DNA from: Myxococcota bacterium
GTDB lineage: Bacteria; Myxococcota_A; Polyangia; Nannocystales; Nannocystaceae
Assembly: GCA_039028615.1 (NCBI GenBank)
Contig: JBCCHT010000003.1
Span: 64,001 to 128,000 of the forward strand
Reading direction: 5' to 3'
DNA length: 64,000 nucleotides
The notes beneath the pieces were generated by a model that worked only from the letters and a program-made list of their open reading frames with translations, did not search any database and had not been told where the DNA came from. A program made the translations under genes and the position numbers. Below, piece by piece: positions 37,901-47,657 of this stretch. Position 1 is the stretch's first letter, and every line of letters starts with the position of its first letter.

Positions 37901-38499
37901 GTCGCGGGGCGGAGTCCGAGCGCGAGCTGCCCCTGTCGCTGGTCGAAAACCAACAGTACATCCACTACAACAAGGGCAGCCTGGTCATGTATGCCCTGCG
38001 GGAGGCCATGGGCGAAGACGTGCTCAACGGCGTGCTCGCGGCCTATATCGAGGATGTCGGGTTCCAGCAGCCGCCCTTCACGGCGGCCACCGAGTTGGTC
38101 GATCGCATCCGGGCGGCGATGCCCGAGCGCTTCGACTACCTCGTGGAGGACCTGTTCGAGACCATCACGCTGTACGACAACCGGGCGGTGTCCGCGACCG
38201 CCAGCGAGACGTCCGACGGACAGTGGCAGGTCGATCTGGTACTCGACTCCCGCAAGGTCCACGCCGACGAGAAGGGCAACGAAGAAGCAGTCGCGCTCGG
38301 CGATTGGCTCGAGGTGGGGGTCTTCGGCGAGGACGAGGATGCCGAGCCGCTCTACCTGGAGTGGCACCGCATCGAGGACGAGCGCACCGAGCTGAGCGTG
38401 ACCGTGGGTGAGCGTCCGGCCCGGGCTGGCATCGACCCGCGGGTGCTCTTCGTCGACCGTGATTCCGATGACAACGTTCGTCGGGTCGACATCCCATGA
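34942..38499 (+). CDS. ABC-2 type permease fused to M1-family aminopeptidase
   Basis: Two permease halves, then HEVAHQWW...LSE and YIHYNKG. Confidence 0.92.
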   Translation: MFLSFLSFELRYRLRQPAVYIFSVVFALLTFAAITSDAVVIGGGVGQTAINSPFVITQMLGIMSAVSVILVTAFVSTALTRDFELGTDALFFTKPIRKFDLLAGRFVGAVLVAGIVMVAAAFGLMVGSFMPWLDPERLVGFSLAPYLMALSVFVLPNLLVMGSFFFSIATLTRRVLPAYVGVIAFFVIFSVADSFISDLDNDLVAALVDPFGLASLQISTRYWTVAERNGSLVPLTGALWLNRAVWLALAAACFAFTVRRFSFAARARKPKKAGAQAEASRTEAPLVVVRPNITSSTALHQLWHQLRVELGTVLRGKAFIVITLFGVLNVVGGALGTIDEVFGTPILPVTHLMVRVIDQVSALFVIIVITFYAGELVHRERQVGLHEVHDALPMPGWVPLLGKLGALTVAVFSLLVIASMSGVMIQLSQGYTHVELPLYAKGLWGLSLSRWVLICVLAMFFQVLVNHKYLGFMLMLLFYVSQAALPALDLNHGLYRFGWAPGTPYSDMNGYGHFFSPAMWYRLYWSAFAVGLLLVANLFWVRGTDNRFRLRLREARRRTSGRQTAMLAVVAGVVFGTGAFIFHNTTVLNEFLTQDDQQAAQVRYEQTYRDEWYGAVQPRVTAADLDVDIFPHRREVNIGGTITLVNKADTPIEKLFVTVDTDLDVKSLGLPDEALLEHDKELGIRIYRLEPAMAPGATLEFPFALHFSEPGFKNNGSNTGVVENGTFFNSGWVPHFGYDKNVELQDPNERRKRDLPERERARPPTDMEARANTYLTAEGDWIDFAATVSTSSDQIALAPGYLTKEWEEGDRHYFRYEMDAPILDFYAFLSADYVVARDSWNDVAIEVYHHHSHGMNVARMIDAVKKSLDYYTTNFSPYQHRQVRIVEFPRYASFAQSFPNTIPYSESIGFIADLSDEERIDYVFYVTAHEVAHQWWAHQVIGGDVQGGTMLSETLSQYSALMVMEKEYGRTKIGKFLKYELDNYLEGRGAESERELPLSLVENQQYIHYNKGSLVMYALREAMGEDVLNGVLAAYIEDVGFQQPPFTAATELVDRIRAAMPERFDYLVEDLFETITLYDNRAVSATASETSDGQWQVDLVLDSRKVHADEKGNEEAVALGDWLEVGVFGEDEDAEPLYLEWHRIEDERTELSVTVGERPARAGIDPRVLFVDRDSDDNVRRVDIP

Positions 38500-38504
38500 G
38501 TCGG

Positions 38505-38539
38505 TGGGACAGTCGCGACACTGGCTCGCGACTGTCCCA
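38505..38539. terminator. Perfect 14-bp hairpin after the ABC operon
   Basis: tgggacagtcgcga-cactggc-tcgcgactgtccca. Confidence 0.65.
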
Positions 38540-38670
38540 ACATTGACCGGTGAAAAATACGAGACCGTGACCACTATCTAAACTCTGTTCCAGCTCCGTT
38601 TCTCTTGGTAACATTGCCATCGGACTCGTACGCAAATACGCGACGAGATTTGGTGGGAGGCGACAACACA

Positions 38671-39687
38671 ATGGGGATGGACTGGCTTCGATGCGTGGCT
38701 CTGTTGAGCTGTGGTTTGGCGCTTGCGTGCGGCGATGTGGACGATCCGGCCGCGGGTGGCACTGAAGGCGAGGGGTCGACCGGGGAGGCGACCTCGGGCG
38801 AAACGCCGCCCGGGGGCACCGCGGTCAATGACGATGCGGCCGACACCAGCGGTGGTGGGGCCGAGGCCGACAGCGGTGGATCGGATGACTCGAGCGATCC
38901 TTCGGCGACCGACGACGGCAGCGAGGACGACACCACGACCGGTGACGATCCTCCGCCCTTGGCATGTCAGCCGGATCCGGCGCGCATGGTGGTGCTGGGC
39001 GACAGCATCGCGGCGTGTGCGGGCGTGGGCGGCATCAACTCCGACGACTGTGCGCCGCGCTTGGTTCACGACTACCTGGCCGAGCGCTTCGGCGACGTCA
39101 CCTACGAGAACATCTCCGTCGGCGGCGCGGTGACGACCGGGGTGTCGAACAATCAGATCTTCAACATCGAGGTCGGCCAGCCCGGCCACGTGTTCGTGAT
39201 GATCTACATCGGCGGCAACGACCTGGCGCCGTACATCTTCCAGTCCGACGAGGCGGCCATCAACGGCTGGGAGAACACCACCGGGCCCACGGTGGCGACG
39301 GCGTGGGAGGAGATCTTGGCGTTCTTCGACGACGAGACCAACTTCCCCGACGGGGTCACGCTGCTGATGAACACGCAGTACAACCCCTTCGACGACTGCA
39401 CGGCGCCGCCGTACTTCGTCAGCCAGGTGAAGATCGAGCTGCTGCACGCGCACAACGACGCGCTCACCGATCGCGCCGCCTCGCGTCCCTGGGCGTTCAT
39501 CGCCGACCAGCACCCGGTGTACCTGGGCCACGGGCACTACGTGAACGACTCGAACTGTCCGCACTACGACGCGAGCTTCGAGCCGTACATGAACGACCTC
39601 ATCCATCCCAACGAGCCGGGGCATCACAACCTCGCCGACGTGATGATCGAGGAGATGGAGGCCACGGTCTACGGCGAGTGCGAGTAG
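38671..39687 (+). CDS. SGNH/GDSL hydrolase lipoprotein
   Basis: Lipobox ALAC; LGDS, GGND, DLIHPN. Confidence 0.9.
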   Translation: MGMDWLRCVALLSCGLALACGDVDDPAAGGTEGEGSTGEATSGETPPGGTAVNDDAADTSGGGAEADSGGSDDSSDPSATDDGSEDDTTTGDDPPPLACQPDPARMVVLGDSIAACAGVGGINSDDCAPRLVHDYLAERFGDVTYENISVGGAVTTGVSNNQIFNIEVGQPGHVFVMIYIGGNDLAPYIFQSDEAAINGWENTTGPTVATAWEEILAFFDDETNFPDGVTLLMNTQYNPFDDCTAPPYFVSQVKIELLHAHNDALTDRAASRPWAFIADQHPVYLGHGHYVNDSNCPHYDASFEPYMNDLIHPNEPGHHNLADVMIEEMEATVYGECE

Positions 39688-39711
39688 GCACGCGTCCGGG
39701 TAACGTGGAGG

Positions 39712-39737
39712 CGCCGACTCTCGCGAGTCGGCGTTTT
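39712..39737 (+). terminator. Intrinsic terminator
   Basis: cgccgactc-tcgc-gagtcggcg followed by tttt. Confidence 0.7.
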
Positions 39738-40747
39738 CATTTGGTTGCGTCGCGGCGGAAGCGGGAGGGCGGCGACCCGGTCCAGCGGCGGAAGGCCCGG
39801 CGGAAGTTGGCGGTGTCGGTGTAGCCGAGCAGGTAGGCGATCTCGTCGATGGTGGTGCCCGACTCGAGGTGATCGGTGGCCATGCGACGCCGCAGGTCGT
39901 CGAGGATCGTGCGGTAGGAGGTGCCCTCGGCCCGCAGCCGACGATCGAGGGTGCGGGGCGTGACGTGCAGGCGTCGGGCCACGGTGGGGAAGCTCGGGAA
40001 CCCCAAGGGACGCTCCAGCATGATCCGACGGACGCGGATCTCGAACGATCGACCGCTGCCCAGGGCGTCCAGCTCGCGCTCGCAGAGGCGGGCGGCGAGC
40101 TCGAGCGCGCGGGGGTCGGCCATCCGCGGGGGGCGGGCCAACGCGGCACGCGGGATCCAGAAGCAGGCGCGGGGCGAGTCGAAGACCAGCGGGCACCCGA
40201 ACGCCTCTTCGGCCAGCGCCAGGTACTCGGGCGTGGGGAACGGGAACTCGGCCCCGAGCAGTTGGCAGGCTCCCATCGAGGCGTCGTGGAGCACGTTCTT
40301 CACGCTGAGCATCACCGCCTCGAGCACCATGGTTCGCGGGTAGCCCAAGGGGAGCAGCTCGCGGATCTCGATGCGGACGCGCTCGCCCTCGACCTCGTGG
40401 GTCAGCCCGAGCACGCTGATCCGCGAGGCGATGAAGCGCCGCAGCAGGTCGAGCAGCTCGGCCATGCTCGCCGCGCTCACGGCCGCCATCCCGAGCGCAC
40501 CGTGGGTCGAGGTCACGAGGTTGGAGCCGACCACGATCCCCAGCGCGGGCTCGCCCGACATGGCCACCGCATTGCGCGACAGCTCGGCGAACACATCGAG
40601 TCGGATCACCGCTTCGGGATCGTCGAGCGTGTCGACGGCCAAGCCGCTGCCCTCGAGCCACGACGCCGTGTCGACGCCCAGGCCGCGCAGGTACTCGGCG
40701 GTCAGGCGCACGTACTGCACGGCGAGCCTCGGTACGTGGGGTTCCAT
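39737..40747 (-). CDS. AraC-family transcriptional regulator
   Basis: RTLDRRLRAEGTSY, IAYLLGYTDTANFRRAFRRWTG. Confidence 0.95.
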   Translation of the reverse strand: MEPHVPRLAVQYVRLTAEYLRGLGVDTASWLEGSGLAVDTLDDPEAVIRLDVFAELSRNAVAMSGEPALGIVVGSNLVTSTHGALGMAAVSAASMAELLDLLRRFIASRISVLGLTHEVEGERVRIEIRELLPLGYPRTMVLEAVMLSVKNVLHDASMGACQLLGAEFPFPTPEYLALAEEAFGCPLVFDSPRACFWIPRAALARPPRMADPRALELAARLCERELDALGSGRSFEIRVRRIMLERPLGFPSFPTVARRLHVTPRTLDRRLRAEGTSYRTILDDLRRRMATDHLESGTTIDEIAYLLGYTDTANFRRAFRRWTGSPPSRFRRDATK

Positions 40748-40757
40748 GGCCCTTCGA

Positions 40758-40795
40758 TTGTCTATAAATGACCGGGTGTTTGTCCATAAATGACC
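40758..40795. promoter_or_regulatory. Tandem 16-bp direct repeat (22-bp period), putative AraC sites
   Basis: ttgtctataaatgacc / ttgtccataaatgacc between divergent araC-family and alkB genes. Confidence 0.7.
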
Positions 40796-40860
40796 TCCGA
40801 CAGTGTCCGTGGGGCTGCTACTTCCAATAGGCGCCATTCGTGGCGGGGGGAGGCATTGCG

Positions 40861-43071
40861 ATGGGCCTGGTAGCGATCCGTGCGAACAAGACCGCCAACA
40901 TCAACGGCGAGGATATCGAGGTCCAGGCGGGGGAGACCCTGCTCGACGCGGCGCTGCGGCAGGGCGTGGACTTTCCCAACAGCTGCCGCGTGGGGGGCTG
41001 CGCGAGCTGCAAGTGCCGCGTGACTTCGGGGCAGGTTCGCGAGCTGACCGAGACGGCCTACCTGCTCAGCGCGGAGGAGATCGCCGACGGCACGGTGCTC
41101 GCCTGCCAGAGCGTGCCCAAGACCGACGTCACCATCGAGGTCGACAACGCGGTCGAGGGCACGCGAGGAGTGGTGGTGGGGCAGACCAAGCTGACGCACG
41201 ACATCACGCGGCTCGAGGTGCTCACCGAGCACGCCCATGGCTACCGCGCGGGTCAGTTCGCTCAGGTCACCCTCGACGGCCTCGAGCACGCGAGCCGCAG
41301 CTACTCGTTTGCGTGCCCGCCTCGTCGCGATGGCCACGTCGAGTTCTTCATCCGCCACGTGCCCGGCGGGACCTTCTCGAGCGCGGTGCAGGAGACCGAC
41401 CTCGTCGGGCGGGGCGTGAACCTACGGCCCGCCGATGGGCAGTTCTACCTGCGTGACGGAGAGGGACCTCTGCTGTTCGTGGCGGGGGGCAGCGGGCTGG
41501 CCCCCGTGCTCGCCATCCTCGAAGAGGCGGCCGCCCGCGGGGTCGAGCGCCCCGTGGTGCTGCTGTTCGGGGCGCGGGAGCAGCGTGACCTCTACGCGCT
41601 CGACCGCATCCACCGGGTGGCGGATCGATGGCGCGGGTCGTTCACCTTCGTGCCCGTGCTCTCGCAGGTGCCGGAGGGCGACGGATGGGACGGCGCCCGG
41701 GGCATGGTCACCGACTTGATCCCCGCGCTGGCCGACGCGAACACCCAGGCCTACCTCTGCGGGCCCCCGGCCATGGTCGATGCCGGGGTCGAGCGGCTGA
41801 GCGAGCTGGGCGTGGGGCCGCGCTCGATCTTCTTCGACCGCTTCACCACGCGGGCGGATGCCACGGCGTCGGCGGGGGCGGCCACGGTGGCGAAGGCCGA
41901 GACCGATCGCCAGGCCGGGTTCCTCGACTACGCCAAGTTCTTCGGCTTCCACGCGGTGGGCCTGGCCGTGGCCGCGTCGTTCATCGCGGGAGGGTTGAAC
42001 ATCGTCGCCGGCCTCATCGGGGTCATCGCCGCCTATGTGCTCGGTGACCTGTTGCTGGGCGACGACGCCGAGCTGCCGGCCTACGGTCGCCCCGCCATCC
42101 TCACCGTGCAGCTGTGGCTCGCGCTGCCCCTGCTGCTGTTCATCAGCTTCGTGTCGGTGTGGACGGTGTGCCCCACCGACGTGCTCGGGTTCGGGGAGCT
42201 CGTGACCCGGCTGACGGGTTACGACGTGCTGGCGGCCCGGGCCGCGACCAGCTTCGGTCAGCACTTCGCCGGGTTCATCGCCACCGGCCTGATGATCGGC
42301 ATGGTGGGCACCATTCCCGCCCATGAGCTGACCCACCGCACCTGGGACCGCATCTCGATGTTCATTGGTCGGGGCCTGCTCGCCTTCAGCTTCGACACCA
42401 TCTTCGCCATCGAGCACGTCTACGGTCACCACCGCTACGTGTGCACCACCGAGGACCCGGCCACGGCACCCCGCGGGCGCAACGTGTATTGGCACATCCT
42501 CGTGTCCACCCTCGAGGGCAACATCAGCGCCTGGAAGATCGAGCGCGATCGCCTGGCCAAGCGCGGCCACCACGTGCTGTCCACGCGCAACGCGTTCCTC
42601 CGCGGCCACCTGGTGAGCGTGGGCTTGGTGGGGCTGGCCGGGCTCATGGGCGGCTGGACGGCAGCGGGCTACTTCCTGGTCTGTGCGCTGTGGGGCAAGG
42701 CCACCCTCGAGATCGTCAACTACATGGAGCACTACGGCCTGGTGCGGGACCCGGCCACTCCGGTGCAGCCGCGGCACTCGTGGAACACCAACCGCCGGAT
42801 GAGCTCGTGGACCATGTTCAACCTCACCCGGCACTCGCACCATCACGCGCAGGGCGAGGTGCCCTACCACGAGCTGCAGGCCTACCCTGACGCGCCGATG
42901 ATGGTCAGCGGTTATCTGTCGACCATGCTGCTCACCTTGATCCCGCCCCTGTGGTACGCGCTCATGGACCGCAAGCTGGCCGACTGGGATCGAAACTTCG
43001 CGACCGACCACGAGCGGATCCTGGCGCGCCAGGCCGACGAGCGGGCGTTCTCCGAGCCCGTGCATTCCTGA
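40861..43071 (+). CDS. alkB: 2Fe-2S ferredoxin + FAD/NAD reductase + AlkB-type alkane monooxygenase fusion
   Basis: CRVGGCASC...C; RSYS, GGSGLAP, YLCGPP; HELTH, EHVYGHH, NYMEHYG, RHSHHH. Confidence 0.9.
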   Translation: MGLVAIRANKTANINGEDIEVQAGETLLDAALRQGVDFPNSCRVGGCASCKCRVTSGQVRELTETAYLLSAEEIADGTVLACQSVPKTDVTIEVDNAVEGTRGVVVGQTKLTHDITRLEVLTEHAHGYRAGQFAQVTLDGLEHASRSYSFACPPRRDGHVEFFIRHVPGGTFSSAVQETDLVGRGVNLRPADGQFYLRDGEGPLLFVAGGSGLAPVLAILEEAAARGVERPVVLLFGAREQRDLYALDRIHRVADRWRGSFTFVPVLSQVPEGDGWDGARGMVTDLIPALADANTQAYLCGPPAMVDAGVERLSELGVGPRSIFFDRFTTRADATASAGAATVAKAETDRQAGFLDYAKFFGFHAVGLAVAASFIAGGLNIVAGLIGVIAAYVLGDLLLGDDAELPAYGRPAILTVQLWLALPLLLFISFVSVWTVCPTDVLGFGELVTRLTGYDVLAARAATSFGQHFAGFIATGLMIGMVGTIPAHELTHRTWDRISMFIGRGLLAFSFDTIFAIEHVYGHHRYVCTTEDPATAPRGRNVYWHILVSTLEGNISAWKIERDRLAKRGHHVLSTRNAFLRGHLVSVGLVGLAGLMGGWTAAGYFLVCALWGKATLEIVNYMEHYGLVRDPATPVQPRHSWNTNRRMSSWTMFNLTRHSHHHAQGEVPYHELQAYPDAPMMVSGYLSTMLLTLIPPLWYALMDRKLADWDRNFATDHERILARQADERAFSEPVHS

Positions 43072-43258
43072 GCGCTCCGGGGGGGAAGCGACCGGCGAAG
43101 GCCGCGGCGAGGAGACCGCGGCCTTCGTTCGTCGGCCTGGACCCTGGAGCGAGCGCTCGGGGCGCGACCCGAAAACACGGCCAGAAACCCTCCTGGCGTG
43201 CCGCGTGGTGCCGAATCCCATTTGTTGCGAACAATGGGAGGCCAGGGTGGATACTCCG

Positions 43259-44323
43259 ATGATCGTGAACGCCTCGCTGCGAGACCGAACTTCCCGAATC
43301 GCTCCTTCCCGTGCCCTCGTGGGCGGGCTGTTGCTCTGCCTCGGGGGTGCTTGCACCTCGCCCGAAGAGGGCGGCGACGACATCGGTGGCGGCGACATCA
43401 CCGAGCGCGCTCGCGTCATCGAGTTCGGCTACTGCCCGCCGCACCTGTGCGGGCTCAACAGCGACTTGGCCGGAGCCGTCTCGTTTCACACCAAGGGCGA
43501 CGTCGCCAACGCGGGCATGCGCTTCGTCTCGGCGCACGCCCCCAGCGGAGAGCAGTATCCGCTGCGGGTGATTCGGGACGGGCTCGAGCTCGATCCTCCC
43601 GAGGGCGAAGGCGAGATCATCGACGGCACCGACCTCATCGGCAGCTGGTTCGTGTTCCAGCACGAGGACGACGGCCTCCAGACCATCGTGTACCTCGACG
43701 ACGTCATCCCGGGCGCGCTGCAGACCTACAACAACCCGGGCGTGGCCTATACGTCCTATCGCTTCAGCTATCGCGACGAGGACGAGGCCGAAGACGTCCG
43801 GCATCCGCTGTGCGGCGAGTTCCCCTGGGACGAGGACTACGAGATCGGCGAGATCGTCAGCACCGACGCGCTGGTGATCCAAAGCGAGTCCTACGACTGG
43901 CACGGTCGCGCGGTCGAGGAGCCCGGTGATTCGTTTCAGTGGGCGACGCTGGGGTGCATCGGGGGGGCCTACGCCAAGAAGGTGCTGATGGGCTACGACC
44001 CGCACCATCCCGCGCCCGGCGACACCAGCCTCCAAGAAAACGAGACCATGCTGCGCATGCTCACCGCGCGCTACTGCGACGGTGAGAACCACACCGAGCC
44101 GGGCACGCCGATCCGCTGGGAGAACGACCGCGGCTGGTCGTCACTGCACGAGGATGACGGCGTCACGATCGAGGCGATCTGGAACGAAGAGGGGGTCGTC
44201 TGCCTCGACGAGCCTCGCTACGCCGATCGGGCGGACGTGGAGGCGGAGTGCGGCGCCATCCCGCGCTGCGACGGCTTCGATCCGGCCCAGTATCACCTGG
44301 TGTCGTATCGCGTGACCGAGTAG
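43259..44323 (+). CDS. ADYC-domain lipoprotein
   Basis: Lipobox GGAC; GAYAK..GYDP; RMLTARYCDGENHTEPGTPI; EAIWNEEGVVCL. Confidence 0.75.
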   Translation: MIVNASLRDRTSRIAPSRALVGGLLLCLGGACTSPEEGGDDIGGGDITERARVIEFGYCPPHLCGLNSDLAGAVSFHTKGDVANAGMRFVSAHAPSGEQYPLRVIRDGLELDPPEGEGEIIDGTDLIGSWFVFQHEDDGLQTIVYLDDVIPGALQTYNNPGVAYTSYRFSYRDEDEAEDVRHPLCGEFPWDEDYEIGEIVSTDALVIQSESYDWHGRAVEEPGDSFQWATLGCIGGAYAKKVLMGYDPHHPAPGDTSLQENETMLRMLTARYCDGENHTEPGTPIRWENDRGWSSLHEDDGVTIEAIWNEEGVVCLDEPRYADRADVEAECGAIPRCDGFDPAQYHLVSYRVTE

Positions 44324-46951
44324 CTACTCGGTCGGCTCCGCCCCGAGGGTCGTGAGCAGGCGATCGATGTCGGCGTCGTGGCCCAGGGCGGCGACGTTGC
44401 GGAGGTGGTCCGCCGCCCGTTGCCGTGCGGTGCGGGCCGCCTCTTCGTTGCCGCGGTCGTCTTCGATCATCGCCACGCCGAGCTGGGCGCGAGCTAGGTG
44501 ACGCTCGACCCACAGCGGTGCCTGCTCACCCGCGGCCGCGATCACGGCCTCGAAACGCGCTCGGGCGGCGTCGCGCTTGCCCCCGATTCGCTGGATGTGG
44601 CCGCGGGCGACCTCGAGCATCGCGGTGTCCGGGGGCGGGGTCTGTTCGGCGACCGCGACCAGCCGCTCGAACGCCTCCACCGCGGTGTCTTGGTCCTGCA
44701 GCTCCAGCGACACCAGACCGAGCGAGTACAGGCACTCAAGTCGCATCGTCGGCTCTTCGGACTGCATGCGGTCGTAGGCTTCGCAGATGGCAGCGCGGGT
44801 CTGCTGGGCTTCGCGGGGGTCGGCGATGGCGTGGCTGTCGACGTAGCGGGCGCCCAGGGTCATGGAGTGGGAGGGGCCCAGGGCGGCCTCCAGCTCCTGC
44901 ACTGCGCGGTGGGTGAAGCGACGTCGGGCGTCGGCCTGCGGCTCGAGCAGCGCGAGGTTGACGAGGATGTTGGTCAGCTCCACCTCGCTCAGCTCGGCGT
45001 CTTCCTTCACGGCGAGCGCTCGCTCGAAGCGCTCGCGGGCGCCCTTGCGATCACCCGTGGCCAGGTGAGCCGTGCCCGCGTTGTTGAGCAGCAGGGCCCG
45101 GCCGAAGGCCGCGTGCGGGAACCGGCGGGTCATGGCTTCGGCGAAGGGCACATGGCCGAGGGCCTGGGCCTCGGGGTCGCGGCCCATGGCGGAGGCGTGG
45201 ATGTGCCGGGCGAGTGCTTCGAGGGCCACGGTGTCCAGGCCGATCTCGAAGGCGGACAGCGAGGCGTGATGCAGGGGCTCGGTGGAGCCGGCGAAGTCCT
45301 TGGTCTGCAGCAAGATCCGCCCCTGCGCTAGCTCGGCCTCGGCCAGGGTCGGCGCGTGACCGAGGGCGCGGGCTTCGGCGACGACCGTCTCCACGTCGGC
45401 CAGCGCTTCGGCGTAGCGCCCGGCGTGCTCGCGTGCCTGCACGGCGATGAGCCGCTCGCGGAGCTGTCGGACCTGGGCGGCGATTTCGGGCGGGGGCGGG
45501 GCCCGCTCGGCCTCGAGCCAGCGCGGCTCGTCGCAGCGCGCCAGCGAGGGCAGCCCCTCCGTCACGTTGACCACGCGGGGGAGGGTCTTGGCTGTCGTCT
45601 CGCCGAGCACGCCCACCGCCTCACCGAGCGCCAGCCGTCGCTCGTCGAAGCAGGTCATGCGGCGGTCGTACTGGGTGTCGGAGTACTCGCCGCGAAGGTG
45701 TCCCAGGCAGGCATCGCGACGCATGCTCACCCATTGGTCGCCGTAGTCGTCGAGAGCGGCGTCGACCAGCGGCTGGGCCTCGCGAGCATAGGGGCGCTCG
45801 GTTCGGAGCAACGCCTCGGAAATGGCTTGGCGGCGGGGCTCGTCCCAGACCTCGGCCAGCGCGGCCTCGTTGCCTGTGCACGGCTCGATGGTCTCGACCG
45901 GCGGCGTCGGGGCGAGGCCCCATGCGCTCAGGCCCACGCCGAGCCCCAGGGCCACGGCGCCCGGGATGGCGAAGCGTCGCCACGGGGAGATCAAGCAGCG
46001 CCCGAGCGCTTCGGCCACGTGCTCCATCGAGGGAAAGCGGCGCTTCGGATCCGTCTGCAGGCCGCGCTCGATGATGGCGATCAGGCGCTTGGGTACATCG
46101 GTCTCGGGGAGCGCCCGGCGATCGCCCTGAGCAATGGCGTGCAGCAGCGCGAACACGGTCGCCCCGGCGAAAGGGCGCTGCTGGAACAGCGCCTCGTACA
46201 AGGCCACGAAGAACGAGAACTGGTCCGAGTGCGCGTCGCCCAGCGCCCCGCGGACGACCTCGGGCGCCATGTAGGCCGGCGTGCCGCTGAGGCCGGAGCG
46301 AGCGCTGCGGTCTTGTTCCTCTTCCGATTCCCCGAGCGTGGCGGAGTTGGTCAGGGTGCGGCGCAGGGTCTGGTCGATGCGCGCGATCCCGAAGTCGCTG
46401 ACCTTGACCTCGTTGGACTCGCTGAGCAGCACGTTGTCGGGCTTGAAGTCGCGATGCACGATGCCCTCGCGGTGGGCGGCATGCAGCCCCCGCGCGGCGG
46501 CCTCGTACGCACGCACCACCTCGGGCCAGGGGCGCGGCTGCTGGTGCCAGTCGCGGAGCGTGCCCCCGAGGATCCGCTCCATCGCGATATAGACCTGGTC
46601 GCCTTGCTCGCCGAGCTCGAACACGGTGACCACGTTGGGGTGCACCAGCCGGGCCATGACCCGCGCTTCGATCATCAGCAGCTCGCGGTGGGCCGAGCGC
46701 TGGTGGGGGCGCAGCACCTTGAGCGCGACCTCGCGATCGAGATCGGGGTCTCGCGCGACGAAGACCTCGCCCATGGCGCCCTTGCCGAGCAGCCCGAGGA
46801 TCTCGTAGCGACCGATCGTTCGCTTCGTGGGCGCGGACGTGCCCTTGCCGAAGAGCTTGGCCATGACCGACTCCTCGACCTCGCGCTGACGCTCGGGGGA
46901 GACCGGGCCGTCGGCGAGACCGTCGAGCGTGGCGACTTCGTCCTCAGTCAC
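44324..46951 (-). CDS. Ser/Thr kinase with TM and TPR domain
   Basis: [30 protein letters not shown]. Confidence 0.95.
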   Translation of the reverse strand: MTEDEVATLDGLADGPVSPERQREVEESVMAKLFGKGTSAPTKRTIGRYEILGLLGKGAMGEVFVARDPDLDREVALKVLRPHQRSAHRELLMIEARVMARLVHPNVVTVFELGEQGDQVYIAMERILGGTLRDWHQQPRPWPEVVRAYEAAARGLHAAHREGIVHRDFKPDNVLLSESNEVKVSDFGIARIDQTLRRTLTNSATLGESEEEQDRSARSGLSGTPAYMAPEVVRGALGDAHSDQFSFFVALYEALFQQRPFAGATVFALLHAIAQGDRRALPETDVPKRLIAIIERGLQTDPKRRFPSMEHVAEALGRCLISPWRRFAIPGAVALGLGVGLSAWGLAPTPPVETIEPCTGNEAALAEVWDEPRRQAISEALLRTERPYAREAQPLVDAALDDYGDQWVSMRRDACLGHLRGEYSDTQYDRRMTCFDERRLALGEAVGVLGETTAKTLPRVVNVTEGLPSLARCDEPRWLEAERAPPPPEIAAQVRQLRERLIAVQAREHAGRYAEALADVETVVAEARALGHAPTLAEAELAQGRILLQTKDFAGSTEPLHHASLSAFEIGLDTVALEALARHIHASAMGRDPEAQALGHVPFAEAMTRRFPHAAFGRALLLNNAGTAHLATGDRKGARERFERALAVKEDAELSEVELTNILVNLALLEPQADARRRFTHRAVQELEAALGPSHSMTLGARYVDSHAIADPREAQQTRAAICEAYDRMQSEEPTMRLECLYSLGLVSLELQDQDTAVEAFERLVAVAEQTPPPDTAMLEVARGHIQRIGGKRDAARARFEAVIAAAGEQAPLWVERHLARAQLGVAMIEDDRGNEEAARTARQRAADHLRNVAALGHDADIDRLLTTLGAEPTE

Positions 46952-47586
46952 TGCTGTCCGTCGAGCTCCTGCCGTACCTTCACGGCCCAGGTCTGGAGCC
47001 CCATCACGGTGGACTGGGCTTGCTCGGGGCTCTCGGCGAGCTCCTCGACGATCTGCGCCAGCCGGGCCTTGCCTCGCCGGATGCGGGTGTAGACCGTGAA
47101 CTTGGAGATCCCGAGCAACTCGCCGATCTCCGCGCCCTCGAGGCCCTCGAGGAAGGCGAGCTCGAGGACGATCTGCTGGTCGAGCGACAGTCGCCGCAGA
47201 CCTCGGACGAGCAGCACGGTTTCTTGCTGCCGCGAGACCATCGAGGTCATCGATTGCGAGGTCGAGTCTTCACCCACGAACACGTCGCTGAAGTCGTCGA
47301 GCTCGCGCTTGCGCTTGACCGACTTGCGGTAGTGACGACGCAGCTGGTTCATGGCCGCCGCGAACACGTAGGAGCGGAAGGCGCCCGCGTCGTCGACCCG
47401 GTCTCTGCCCTGCGTGCAGGCGAGCATCGTGTCGGAGACGAGGTCGGCCACGTCGTCGGAGTTGCGTACCTTGTTGTGGAAGAACCGGGTGAGCAGGCCG
47501 ACGTAGCGCCGGACGAGCTCGGCCCCCGAGCGCTCGTCGCCACCCCGCCAGGCGTCGAGCAGCTCCCAGTCCTCGGCCTTGCTCAT
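46948..47586 (-). CDS. ECF sigma-70 factor
   Basis: DWELLDAWRGGD, DLVSDT, FRSYVF, LGISKFTVYTRIRRG; 4-nt overlap with the downstream kinase. Confidence 0.9.
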   Translation of the reverse strand: MSKAEDWELLDAWRGGDERSGAELVRRYVGLLTRFFHNKVRNSDDVADLVSDTMLACTQGRDRVDDAGAFRSYVFAAAMNQLRRHYRKSVKRKRELDDFSDVFVGEDSTSQSMTSMVSRQQETVLLVRGLRRLSLDQQIVLELAFLEGLEGAEIGELLGISKFTVYTRIRRGKARLAQIVEELAESPEQAQSTVMGLQTWAVKVRQELDGQQ

Positions 47587-47657
47587 CGCGGCGAGGCTAA
47601 CGTGGACCCGCGGCCGTGCGCCATAGGGAGGAGGCCGACATTCGGCGTGGGCGGCAC

